Assembly: GCA_040954595.2 (NCBI GenBank)
Contig: CM082583.2
Span: forward strand, 156,542 to 220,541
DNA: 64,000 nucleotides
Source of the DNA: Balanoglossus misakiensis
Taxonomy: Eukaryota; Animalia; Hemichordata
Reading direction: 5' to 3'
Made by a program: the position numbers and the translations under genes. The notes under the pieces were generated by a model. That model made no database searches. It was not told the DNA's origin and was given only the letters and a program-made list of their open reading frames with translations. This document shows positions 29,747-41,300 of the stretch, in pieces; within the stretch, counting starts at the first letter, position 1; each line of letters opens with the position of its first letter.

Positions 29747-30412
29747 GAATACATGAGAAGTCGGCCAGATTAAAAGTCGGCCAGTTCGCGCGCATGAGAA
29801 GTCGGCCAGTATGAGAAGTCGGCCAGTTGTTGAACTTGTACCCGAATAGTGCAGTAATGACCCAGATTACTTATAACAACACTTAATAAAATATAATTGC
29901 ACTAAATATTTTCATTTGGACGGATTTCCCAAATTCTTGACAACACAATGGCGTCATTTCAAATAATGGCGTCTGGCATCCGTACCAGTTCCCCAGCCCC
30001 GTATCCGCGTAAAGAGCTTAGGTTGTTCGCCAAATTCCTGTGACATTTCTGATTAAAGGGAGTTGTTTCAAAGCCTACTAAAATACATAGAAGATGTATG
30101 TGTATATTCATACTTTCTGAGACAACACCAAACAAACAAACAAACAAACGTGACAAGGAACAGACTACTGGCGCAGCTCAAGAAGTGCAGGTGACTGATG
30201 TTGACGTACCCCGGTGACGTACATGAAAAGTGAACAGACAGTTTTAAAATTCATCGGCTATTTGTACAAATATCTCAGCTCCTGTACATCAAGGAAACAT
30301 TTCGTAGTGAAACAGTTATATATAACACAAAGTACCAGGGTTCTCTCCCACAGGCCGACTTCTCGTACTGGCCGAGACCGACTTCTCATACTGGTTGACT
30401 TCTCAGGACACC
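29747..30412. mobile_element. Non-autonomous DNA transposon with subterminal tandem GAGAAGTCGGCCAG repeats (MuDR-like, tentative)
   Basis: Tandem motif at the left end and inverted copies at the right end; ATGTATAG duplicated at 29739-29746 and 30413-30420. Also at 58314-59319; only the right part survives in copy 1 (12573-12810). Confidence 0.7.
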
Positions 30413-32376
30413 ATGTATAGCTAGCTGTTGAACTCAAAAAATATGTAAAACTACAAGTGATGTAAACAACTTGTGGAACCATGTTCAAATCGAGACAAGA
30501 AGAAAAGGGATTTCAAGACTTACCTCCTTCAGCACTTTACTGCCCTGTAGCGCACTGTGTGACACTTGTAGTTGTGCATTCATAACCAGAAGGACGTGGC
30601 CGAACCTAGCGAGTATGAACCTATCACAGAAAAAATTCAAAGAACGATTTTTACCACCATGGTTTGGTCCAACGATCCCTTATTAGAGAGATGTCCGTAA
30701 TCACAGGTTTTACTGTACAATACCTCTTCAGTGGAATCATTGTGTTTTTCAAAGTGCATCACAATATCAACTCCAATAAGCATAACAGTTTAATTTTCTG
30801 TGTATGCCATGCTATAACACAGGGAAGTCACAAGAGTGATTTGCAGCCCAACTTACCAGTAACTGTTGAACAATCCACTACGGGTGACATGGTTGGACAC
30901 TTGGATCCCGCTGGACAAGGCGTGCATGTGCCGTCGCCTTCCATAGCATATTCACCATTGCCACAGTCGAGCGGATCTTACATTGGATCTGAACACGATT
31001 GTCCAGCAGGGCACAGAAGACAGGATGTGCGTGCAGGCTCCTCACTTATTTCATCTGATTAAAGAAAATGAGGTTTTTAGTGATGTATTTGTGATACAGT
31101 GTCATTTAAAATAACAAATTACTTGAGATGATTCACTTCATAATTCTGAGACAAGTATACAGGCATGTAGAAAATTCTTTGGAGGACATTAAACGTCATT
31201 TCTAATCAACCATTTTCTGAATATCATAAGACTCTGCGAGATCTCACATGGCTAACCGGGTCTCGCAAGATCTCGCACTGAGTTGATAATCTGTTGTAAA
31301 CACATACATACATACACACACACACATACCCCAGTCGCACTGACTTGAAAATCTGTTGTAAACACATACATGCATACACACATACCCCTCAGTTTCATCA
31401 CACAGCAAACTGAACAAGTACCACAATCTTACCATTTGTACATCTGGTACAGTTTGTTGCACCAGCCAATGACACGTAACCCTTGGTACACTTGAATTGC
31501 GATGCACTGGGATCTATGCAGGCGTACCCTTGCTCACAAATAGTACAATGTTCAGCACCAGCTGATCTGTAAATCAAACAGAGAATTTACACACCAAGTT
31601 AACCTTTGAATACCACTGTAAAAATTTGGTGCAAATTTTAATTATTTTCATAAATAGAGGTCTATTCAAATTTGGAAAAATTGTCATTTTTTCATTCATA
31701 TATTATATCAGTAAATTTTAAATACAGAAATAGAAAATGATCCCATCCTATTTTTCAGTTAGTAAATTACCTGACCTAATGTTTGATGTTAGAAATAAAG
31801 GTGGGTGGGTAGAAGTTTACCTGTTATGCAAGAGGTACAGCGAGACATCCTTTGTCCAAGGCCGAACTGTAATAACCAGCCGAGCATAAAATCACAGTGT
31901 TACCATTTGGACATTGGTTACCAGCTGGGCAATCAGCACATGATGTTTGTGCTGAAAATAAACAGAGATTTATAGAATCTTATAGTCACAGTCATACCTT
32001 CAAAGACGTGGGATTCACACGCGGGTTGGGGAGACAAAAATCCCTGGCAAAAGATTGAGGACAGGAAAATGCCAATCCAGAGATATTGGTAACAGAAACT
32101 GTGTACAGTCAATGCCATACGGCAGTGTGCTGTTCTAACAACAGACAAGATCGTGACGATCATAGTCTGTGTTGGAGATTTGGAAAAGAGCAAATTTGGT
32201 GAAAAGACGGGACAAAACAAAAGTCTACTTATACGATGCACATGAAAACTGGATGAAAGCGAAGCAGTCCACTATTTGAATGCATTGGATGTAAAATTGG
32301 CAGAATATTTGGACTGGACGTAATGTTTGTACGCACAGAATTACGTACATGCACATAAGATGATCGTCCGCCTTAA

Positions 32377-32882
32377 AGGCACGTAAGCTGCAACTGGATA
32401 AAAAAATTAAAGTTTTAAATAATCTCATATATGCTTTTAATTATGTCTATTAAATGATATTTCATGATAATATATCAAGCTCAACACTTATTTATGACAC
32501 AATGGCCAAAAATTAAAGAAAAAACAAAAATTCCTGCAATTTAAAAAAAAGTGCAATATTGCAATGAAAAATGGAAATCTGATGTCTCAGTGGTGTACAT
32601 TTACTTCCATGAGCTCAAGTGGATGAGATCATGTTTTGTTTAAGAAGTTTCACAACCGGAAATGCAACATTTTCATTGTTTCTTGCATTTTCCCAGGGTG
32701 GCGGCCATAATCGCTTGCGGCAAAGCTTTATTATTTATCTGGTTAAAACTTGCATATGCACTCATATTTAGGGTTTATAATGCTTGTGTATAGTTCACTG
32801 CCTTCATCTGCATGGACTAATGGTAGTGCAGTTTTAAACAAATATTATGAAAATTATCCCAAAAGTTACAGCTTACGTGCCT
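32377..32882. mobile_element. 506-bp non-autonomous TTAA transposon, copy 2
   Basis: Same as 14780-15285. Confidence 0.9.
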
Positions 32883-34170
32883 TTAAGTGAAAGATTACAC
32901 AGTAATGCCCAAACTTTAAGTGCTGACTCACCATCTATATTAGTGTAGTATCCATCTTCACACACCTCTGGCTCCGACATACCATCATATTGGCACTTAT
33001 ACCAGGGGCAGGACAAGGCGTACAGTCTATACTTCCATTGTTGGCAAAATATCCCAGTCCGCATTGTGTTGGTGATGAGAGGCTGGCTGTTCCACACATG
33101 AAACCCCTGGACACAGCGTGCATGCTTCAGAACATGCTGAACTTTAACTTCCAGCTGCGCAGTCCTGTAGGAGTGAAGACGTCAAATATTAAGGAGGTTT
33201 AGGAGCCCTCTAGCCAGCAAACTTCATCAAGGATGTACGTGCAGAACATAAACCGGAAACACTGCGTGTCCGGTCTTTTTCCCATAGGATTACATTGATA
33301 ATCGCCAGAAAACAAACTTCTACTATTGTCATTTTCACGAAATTTTACACATAGCTCAGTCCAGCAAATATAAATTCATTGGTCAAATAAAATATAGGGG
33401 TCACCGCGCTCTTTTTTGAGATAAATTGCATTAAGAATTTTGGCCATAGACAAACAAACCATTGGTGAAAAATGCTGAGTCAGCAGATTTCTTCTATTAT
33501 CGACCAATTTCATGGCTCTGTATTTCAAAAACAAGCGCGGTGACCCCTATATTTTATTACGGATTTTCATTATACATACAAAAGAGAATAAAAAAATTTA
33601 CAATTAAAAAAATGACAATACTATGAACGTACATCCTTAATGTTACTTAGGTAGTGGAGCACCAAAACCCAAATTTTCATATCGATTGTGTATTTTGTGA
33701 TAAAAGCACCAAACTTGGCTCAGATGTGTGTTAATGTGTACTGAACAAATTCAGATAGCGAGTTACTAAATATCTGTTGAAGAGTTTCCATGGCAACCAT
33801 TTTTTTTCAAAATGGCCGCAAATACAGATAATCACACCTGTTAAACATCAAAATAAATTCAGATTACAATATTTGAAACAAGAAACTACGGAAAGAATGG
33901 TTTGCAATAGAACTATGGTTATTAAACTACAAATGTACTTATACGGGTAACTAAGGGATCAAAATACAGGTGCAACTTTCAATCCCTGGTACTCGCATTA
34001 GTATAGGTGCTCCCCCTAGTCAAACATTACGGCTAGTTGCGATATTTAACTTGAAGTACGTAAATTACACACACACGAATTGCAACAGTTAGCGAGTCAC
34101 TAAATATCTATTGAAGAGTGACTATGCAGTATTCAAGATCCACCCTTTCCACAATACGTGTGAACTTCTA

Positions 34171-35238
34171 CTCTCTACATGGAATGTCCGCTCAGCTAGA
34201 TGCAAATCATTAGACATTGCAGACTACATCACAGATAAAGAAATTGATATTCTTGTACTCACTGAAACATGGTTGAAGGAATCTGGTGACGAACACGTAA
34301 TGGCTGAATGTACACCACCAGGCTATGCTGTCAAACATCTACCTGGGGTTGGCAAGATCGGTGGAGGCTTAGCTTAAATTCATAAGCTAGCACTAAAATT
34401 AACAGCTTGGAAGCCTATTCTCTCTGTTAAATCTTTTGAGGCAGCGGAAGCAACTATTCTTCACCAGAAACTTTCCATGAAAATAATTCTTGTCTACCGT
34501 CCACCACCATCAGTTAATAATAAATTCACCGCACCACAGTTCATGGAAGAGTTCAGTACAACACTTGAGAAGTATGTCACCTGCTCAAGTAATCTCTTCA
34601 TCGTAGGAGATTTCAATATTCACCTAGAAGATGATAAGAATCCAGTAACACAGAAATTCAATGGAATCATCAGCGCCTGTAATCTGAAACAATGGGTCCA
34701 ACAACCAACACACAGAAAGGGTCATACTCTAGATCTCATCTTATCTAACTCTGCGTCTAACATCAAGAGTGTCTCTGTAGACTGCTTGGAACTCTCTGAT
34801 CACAATCCTGTCAATGCAAAACTTGCTCTTCCGAAACCAACACACAGTAGACGTCAAATATCTTATCGTCGTATCTGCCACTTCAATTGATAGTTTCAGC
34901 CATGATCTCGACAAAATACATCAAATGTCCTAGCCTCCAAATGACCTCTCCTCAGCCATATCAGCTTATAACCAACACGTCAGTCTCCATCTAAAACATG
35001 TGTACTTGATCTCATCCCTACAGCACTTGTTAAGCAATGTCTTGGTAATCTGCTCACTATCATAGCCACAATTATCAATTTGTCACTCAAAACTGGAACT
35101 GTTCCTGAATAACTTAAAATAGCAGTCATCACACCAATATACTCAAGAAACCTTCGCTCGACAAAAACATTTTCAAGAACTATAGACCAGTTTCAAACCT
35201 AACCTTCCTGTCAAAAGTAATCGGGAAGATTGTAGCAC
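34171..35238 (+). mobile_element. Decayed L2/CR1-group LINE, copy 3, 5' part (APE) upstream of the LTR insertion
   Basis: Same as copy 1 at offset +33481; interrupted at the GCAC TSD. Confidence 0.92.
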
Positions 35239-35533
35239 TGTAGCATTTTCCCCAACTTCAACGCCACGGAAAGGTTTCCCTAGTCAATGCCCGTAACGCA
35301 TACTCACCTAGTTGAGTGCGTGCAGGCGGTCCGGGTCCAGAACAAGTAGAGCGTGTAGCACCAGACCATGGACGAGACGAGAGAGAACCCCGACTTCCGG
35401 TCCCACGGATATATATATAACCTTCACGGGGTCACGTGACAGGTCACATAAGGGTCACCACCTAATCAGCATTTCCACAGGAATCTCCAGGCACTGGTAT
35501 ACTCCAGGTGAGGTTTTCTCCAGAAATACCACA
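35239..35533 (-). repeat. 3' LTR (295 bp)
   Basis: Copy of the 5' LTR; preceded on the minus strand by the polypurine tract. Confidence 0.97.
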
Positions 35534-35552
35534 CTCTCCCCTGTTTTCTTCT
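35534..35552 (-). other. Polypurine tract
   Basis: Minus strand AGAAGAAAACAGGGGAGAG directly abuts the TG of the 3' LTR. Confidence 0.9.
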
Positions 35553-35915
35553 GAAGCGATGGGTTCCGTGTGGATCTCTGGAAACTGGGAGATTCCTTTC
35601 ATAGATGGTTAGATGATTATGGACGGAACAGCCGATTCGAATCAATCCGGGATATGGCACGTTTTTCTTTTTTCTCTTTTGGGGACTTTTTAGAGCCATA
35701 CCGTCGAGATCGATTCTTACACGATGGTGGCAAACACAATTTTACTGCCACTGGGGAGGGACCGGAAGTAACAAAAATCAACAAGCAAAAATATCCCCAG
35801 TGGCGTGGGCCCAGATAAAAGGGAAAGACCCATGGAAGGCAGCTCCGGATGTAATATGGATTTCACAGTCTAACACCAATACTGCAGCCTAGGACCCCCC
35901 CCAAAGATTACCCGT

Positions 35916-36935
35916 TCAGTCGAAGCCGTACAAGCGCCTGGTGTTGTTGGCAGCAGCTTCCAGTAGTTGGTTCAGAGGTATCCCCCGCCGCGCCGCAACC
36001 AGGACAGCAACATCTCCGATAAAGGCTGGAGTGTTGGGCTTGGCACCATTGGCCACAGGGAAGTACGGGGAGTCCGTCTCCAAGAGAAGACGATCCTCTG
36101 GCACCGCCCTGAGTGCTTCAAGCTGAGGGGTAGAAAAAGTGTTAACACCAGCATTAAAGCTGAAGTAACAGTACGGATAATCCCTGATCCAGCACTCGAC
36201 CACAAAACGATCTCCAGTGAAGCCATGGAAGTGGATCAACTGCTCACTGGCGCAGTACTCACGAACGAGTTCAAGAGCCCTACGCCCGACAGCAGCAATA
36301 CACACATCTCCCGTAGCTCCTCTGATGTGCAGAACCAGGACCTTCCGTGGATCACACAGGGAAAGGGCCAACCTGAACACGGTCTCCTGAAGGGGCCATT
36401 TGTCTGCCGCAACAGAGAAATCTAACCCAACCTCCCCAACTGCTGCCACCTGAGGGGATTGGATTAATTCCTTGAACTTCTCCAGTCGATTTCCAGTCAG
36501 TGTTGCCGCCTGTTTGGGATGTATTCCCACAGCAATTTTCCAACGCTTACTCCGGGAAAGATTGGTGGGAAAAGTCGTAGGGTCACAGTAAACCTCCACC
36601 CCACCCAATACGGGAATCCCCGTCAGTGATTTCAGCATGGAAGGGGAGGAGACCACTACGTCCGATGTCACGCGGGTGACAGTACCCCGCCACGAAGAAG
36701 TCAATCGATCCAAATGAAAATGAGAATCAAAGGCTCCTAGTGGCGAAGCCGCACTGCCAACGCATTTCACCTTACCCTTAGACTTAGTCGGGTGAGGACC
36801 TACATCCAAACTCTGGCTCCCTGAAGCAGAAGCAGTTGCCGAGGCAATCAAATCTTGCACTTCCTGTGATCGGGACACAGTGCACGACTTCCTGGGCAGA
36901 GGATGGCTCTGCTTGGTTTTCTTGGCCTGCAGAAT
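35916..36935 (-). CDS. tatD: TatD-family metal-dependent nuclease domain, in-frame continuation of ORF3
   Basis: TatD motifs in the correct order: FDSHFHLD, AVGIHP, VGEVGLDF, LVLHIR, HFHGFTG, LLLETDSPY, terminal AANNTRRLY. The frame is open from the ORF3 TAG to TGA at 35916; no ATG precedes the first motif. Confidence 0.92.
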   Translation of the reverse strand: MLQAKKTKQSHPLPRKSCTVSRSQEVQDLIASATASASGSQSLDVGPHPTKSKGKVKCVGSAASPLGAFDSHFHLDRLTSSWRGTVTRVTSDVVVSSPSMLKSLTGIPVLGGVEVYCDPTTFPTNLSRSKRWKIAVGIHPKQAATLTGNRLEKFKELIQSPQVAAVGEVGLDFSVAADKWPLQETVFRLALSLCDPRKVLVLHIRGATGDVCIAAVGRRALELVREYCASEQLIHFHGFTGDRFVVECWIRDYPYCYFSFNAGVNTFSTPQLEALRAVPEDRLLLETDSPYFPVANGAKPNTPAFIGDVAVLVAARRGIPLNQLLEAAANNTRRLYGFD

Positions 36936-38285
36936 CTATCGATCCCCGCTGAAGAGGCCTGCAAACTCCGCTCTCTGCAAAGGAGAAAGAAAACCCAGCA
37001 AAACCAAGAGCACTCTCCAGTGAACGAGTACAGCGGGAGAATTTGGCGGGTGGAGTCCAAACCGTAGCATGGGCTCCCACCCCAAATCCCTACATAGCTG
37101 ATGCATCAAAGGAAAATACTCTTCCTCTACCGATGAAACCGGCGGAAGAAAGACATGGCCAAACCGCTTGAAATAAACCAACCAGCTCATGGCCGGTGAA
37201 CCTGGTGATCCCCCAACAATCCAGGAATGAAGAATGCCCAAAGCATGGAACACTCTCCAAGCCTCGAAAGGATGATCACCCCGGAGTACCGGAGGAACAT
37301 GCTTACCCAAGACATGAGCCCTGAGGTCCACAGTTACCTCCGTGCACTCCGGCAAGGGACAACGAACATGACCTGCCGGCGGTATTCCAAGGTAGCCTGG
37401 GGGAAGAGGAACGAGAGGGGGTTGCCCTAAACCAACCGGGAGAAAAGCCTCACTAAAGGGTCCGACCAGAGAAAGAGGGCCAGATCGTTGCACCCGCTGA
37501 CTCCCTGCGGAGCCAACAGGAGGCTGATTCAGAACCCCCTTCCCCTTCTTGCCTTTACTGGACTTCTTCTTACCCCGGCCGGTTGCCACCACAGCCTTCC
37601 TCACCGCTGGTCCTCGTTGCGGGCTAGCCGTTTCCATAGGCGCAGGAAGTACTTCCGGCGCTGCCTCCACCGGGGCAGAGACCAACACCGGTTGCACCTC
37701 CGGTATGGATCCAACCGGTGGACATACCAGTTCCCTCGCCCCCGGCCCCCGAGCGCGTTGGACGTCTGGCAGAGGTGCTGCGGGCAGCACCTCTTGCGGG
37801 ATATCTGAGTGCACAGACTCCCGCTGCCATCTTTCCACTTGCTCAGGGTCCTGAAGACGGAAGTCCCGGTACATACCATCAGGTGGAACTTCATACGAAG
37901 CCGACTTCTTGGACCTTTGGGGAGCAGACCAAGTGTTTTCTCTTGGATTTGGATGAGGAAGATGTTCATCAATCCAAGCGCGATCAAAACCAAGGCAAAG
38001 ATCGACGTCTTTGCGCAGGGCTCTGATCCATCCCCATCGCTTCCTCCGGGCTGCTATGGTGTATTGACCGATCAGGAGCTCCTGGCCCTGTGCCACAGAC
38101 CGGTCAGGTCCCATGGAGATAACCCCGATGCCATTGACAAGCTCCCGAACTTGCCAAAGGAAGTCATTGGTGGTAGCATCGGATATCTCCTGGCTAAGAC
38201 GCTGGCGAGCGGCACTTGGACCAGTCGGAGCGACCTCCTTCCATTGGCGCTTGGGTGAGTCATGGGGAGGAGACGAAGAAGCCAT
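36936..38285 (-). CDS. ORF3 (env position), 449 aa: Pro-rich, basic NLS-like patch, C2H2-like zinc finger; not env-like
   Basis: ATG at 38285 lies 2 nt after a strong splice acceptor. GRGKKKSSKGKKGKG; CPLPECx9Hx4H at 37299-37361; no signal peptide. Ends in a TAG in frame with the TatD ORF. Confidence 0.8.
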   Translation of the reverse strand: MASSSPPHDSPKRQWKEVAPTGPSAARQRLSQEISDATTNDFLWQVRELVNGIGVISMGPDRSVAQGQELLIGQYTIAARRKRWGWIRALRKDVDLCLGFDRAWIDEHLPHPNPRENTWSAPQRSKKSASYEVPPDGMYRDFRLQDPEQVERWQRESVHSDIPQEVLPAAPLPDVQRARGPGARELVCPPVGSIPEVQPVLVSAPVEAAPEVLPAPMETASPQRGPAVRKAVVATGRGKKKSSKGKKGKGVLNQPPVGSAGSQRVQRSGPLSLVGPFSEAFLPVGLGQPPLVPLPPGYLGIPPAGHVRCPLPECTEVTVDLRAHVLGKHVPPVLRGDHPFEAWRVFHALGILHSWIVGGSPGSPAMSWLVYFKRFGHVFLPPVSSVEEEYFPLMHQLCRDLGWEPMLRFGLHPPNSPAVLVHWRVLLVLLGFLSPLQRAEFAGLFSGDR

Positions 38286-38287
38286 GT

Positions 38288-38322
38288 CTGTGGACAATGA
38301 AGAGAAAGACAATAGATTAAGA
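38288..38322 (-). promoter_or_regulatory. Splice acceptor for a subgenomic ORF3 mRNA
   Basis: Minus strand TCTTAAT (branch-like, overlapping the pol TAA) CTATTGTCTTTCTCTTCATTGTCCACAG|ACATGGC. Confidence 0.75.
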
Positions 38323-41300
38323 ACATGCCGGACAAGTATAAACAGAAATCCTCCGCGCATCCCTGGTCGTCACCCCAACGCAGTGTCCATGGTACCACTC
38401 CGAGCAAGCATCACACTGGATCATGAACTCACCACGATAGGGCTTCCGACAAACACAATATAGTGTCGATGATACATCGGCGATCTCTGCCTTACCTGTA
38501 CTATGCCGTTTGAGATTTTCTTGATACCTCATGACCCATTGGGGCAGGTCTCGGCTCCGACATAGCTTAAGCCGATCATGGTGGGCAGTTACTATGGCCC
38601 GCTGGAATTTTACCTTATACAAGTATGGTGTTAACTTGTTGATTATAATCCCAGGTCCTTTCCACGGACGACTTAATTTCCGGCTTTTCCCTTTTCCTAC
38701 TGCAGATTCAAGCATGTAAACGCAATTCCCTACCTCGTAAGAATAAAGGTTTACCCTTAAATCATAATTCCTCTTCATTACTTCTTGGGTAGATTGAAGT
38801 TTGGTCCTTGCTATCTCATGCGCAAGCTTGATAGCGGACTCAAGCTCACAGACATGGTCCTGCGGATCCTTACCTTTGACTGATGATAAGCCAAATACGA
38901 GGTCGGAAGGTTGATTGACTTCACGACCAAGCATTAGCTTATTGGGGGTGAATCCTGTATGTCTATTGATACAGGACCGGAGAGCTCCAGCAATTTGTGA
39001 TAGATACACATCCCAGTTTCGCTGAGTTTTGTCCACAAAACATCGAACTGCATCCATTATACTTCTGTTGGCCCGCTCCACTTGTCCATTTGCGGAGGGC
39101 CGGTAGGGTGTAGTCCGGGTCTTGTGAATGTGTAGCACGTCACAAATTGCGGAGAACAGTTTACTCTCGAAGTTAGCGCCCTGGTCAGTGCAGATCTCAA
39201 ATGGATAACCAAATCGCGAAAAGAAGTTTTCCACGGCTGCATGTGCTGTTATTTCCGCGGTTTGGGATGGAAGTGGTATGCACTCCACCCATTTCGTGAA
39301 CTGGTCAACCATTACAAGAACACACTCATTCCCTCGTCCTGTTTGAGGTAGTGGGCCCAGGAAATCCAGATGGACACGCTCCATAGGGGCGCCAGCATGG
39401 AACTTGGTTAACGGGAATCGGGATCGACGCACAGGTTTCTTGCTAGTTGCACAGACACTACAAGAAGTAATAAACCGGTTGATATCTCGAGACATACCAT
39501 ACCAGAAATATTTCTCCCTGAGTTTGGCTTGAGTCCTGGTAATCCCCTGATGTCCTGCAGCAGGAATGTTGTGATTTAACTCCATGACCTCCAACTGCAG
39601 CGATCTGGGCACAACCAGGGTCACACTGTCATCCAGTTTCCTCCATATGGTCCCATTTTCAATAAAGAAGATATCCCTGTTAATCCAATAATACTTGGCT
39701 GCCGGAGAAGACAAGAATATCTCATTACTGCTTGGTTCCACTTTCGATGTAAGCCATGGCCACAGAAAAATCAGATCTGCATCCTGTTGCTGGGCCTGAC
39801 CGATTTCTTTGGTCGTATACCCCAAAAAGGTGCTGCCTTGGGTGTCTTGGTGAAACCGTGTAACAACACAACATTTTGGGGAGGATACGGTTTTAATTAT
39901 CTCAACTGAGGGGTACATAGTATCCAGGTCACTAATAGTACCATCCTCAGGAGATAAAGGATCCCAGCAGATGAAATCCGATTCCCATGGCCATTTTGGA
40001 AACTGGTTGGTGACTTGCAGTTGAGCAACCTTGAGGGTCGATTCGGTGTCCTTGCCCTGATAAGGAAATGAGACTAGTGGTACTACATCATCCACATCAC
40101 TGGTAAAACGAGCCCAATTGTCATGTGCACGAGTACAGTAGTAACATCCCCCACAGGGTAGATTTCCTGGTCTAACTTCGATGGAAAAATCGCAGCAAAC
40201 TTCACCATGGGGCTGGCGTGATAAAGCATCGGCGTTACTGTGCTTCTTCCCAGGTCGGTGTTGTACGGTCATGTTGTATTGGCTAAGTTCTTCCAGCCAC
40301 CTCGCCAGTTGTCCTTGGGGGTCCTTGAACCGTAGGAGCCAGACAAGACTGCTATGGTCGGTTCTGATAGTAAATTGGTTCCCCAACAGAAAATGACGGT
40401 ACTGGCGAGTAAACCGTACCACTGCTAGCAGCTCCTTCCTGGTAGTACAATAGCGTCGTTGCTCAGGGGTAAGGGCATAACTTCCATAAGAAATTACTTT
40501 TTCCTCCCCATTCTGCAATTGCAATAATTCAGCTCCAATGGCGAAGTCCGATGCATCGGTATCTAAAATAAAAGGATCGGTGTTGCTGGGCAAAGCGAGC
40601 ACAGGGGCAGACAACAAAGCCTCTTTCAATGTGTCAAAAGCCTGCTGTTGTTCCTGACCCCAAATGAAAGCTCTTTTCCCGGTAACACCATAGAGAGGAA
40701 CAGCCGTATTAGCGAAATCTTTGATGAAAGCTCGATGGTAATTGGCCAATCCCAAAAACTTCTCAACATCTTTGGTGTTCTTAGGTACGGGCCAATCCTT
40801 GACTGCTCGAATGGAACTTTTATCCAACTCCACATTGCCGTTCCTGATGATGCGCCCCAAGAAGACGACTTCTCTTTGAAAGAGATCGCACTTCTTGGGT
40901 TTCAGTTTTAGTTGGTAGTGACGCAGTCGATCAAAAACTTTCCGCAAGTAGGTCAGATGGTTGTCGAATGAAGTCCCAAGCACGAGAATGTCATCAATGA
41001 AGGCTAACACGATATCCCAAGTAAGACCTCTGAGTACTAGATTGATGACTCTGGAGAATGTGGCTGGAGCATTGCAGAGACCAAAGGGCATTCTATTGAA
41101 TTCAAACAAACCATATTTGGTGGTGAAGGCAGTTTCCTTCTGGTCTTCTTCCTTGATTCTAATCTGCCAATATGCTGAGTTTGCATCCAATTTTGAAAAC
41201 CACGTTTGTCCTGCCAATGTATCCAGACATTCTTCAATCAGAGGTAGAGGGTAGACATCTTTGGTCGTGTGATCATTTAATGCACGATAATCGACACACC

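Larger units (their letters stand above)
23421..33164 (-). pseudogene. Disabled Cys-rich/EGF exon cluster, copy 2
   Basis: Same exons and lesions, plus EGF exon 29200-29322 (GLNQCQPNPCQNGGFCQPARNSCFDLTCICTGCYKGDRCEI) and a truncated EGF exon ending near 29696. Confidence 0.85.
15897..33493. repeat. Tandem segmental repeat, copy 2
   Basis: Near-identical to copy 1, plus a 614-bp insertion and a 1094-bp segment that copy 1 lacks. Confidence 0.95.

Noticed and set aside
29753-29827. Repeated GAGAAGTCGGCCAG units resembling a CRISPR array
   Set aside because: Units are nearly adjacent without unique spacers, have inverted counterparts at the other end of a TSD-flanked element, and the context is eukaryotic with no cas genes.
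35231-35245. Host TGTAGCA next to the LTR end TGTAGCA, suggesting homology-directed insertion or a 5-bp TSD
   Set aside because: TG...CA ends with a 4-bp GCAC TSD explain the junction. The single LTR mismatch (CG to CA) fits CpG deamination, so the similarity is probably coincidental.
35916-36878. TatD as bacterial contamination or an independent host gene
   Set aside because: It lies between pol and the PPT/3' LTR of an element with a perfect TSD, and the empty sites in copies 1 and 2 lack it.
36936-38360. ORF3 as an envelope gene
   Set aside because: No signal peptide, no convincing transmembrane anchor and no Cys-rich ectodomain; it has a basic patch, a zinc-finger-like motif and an in-frame TatD domain.
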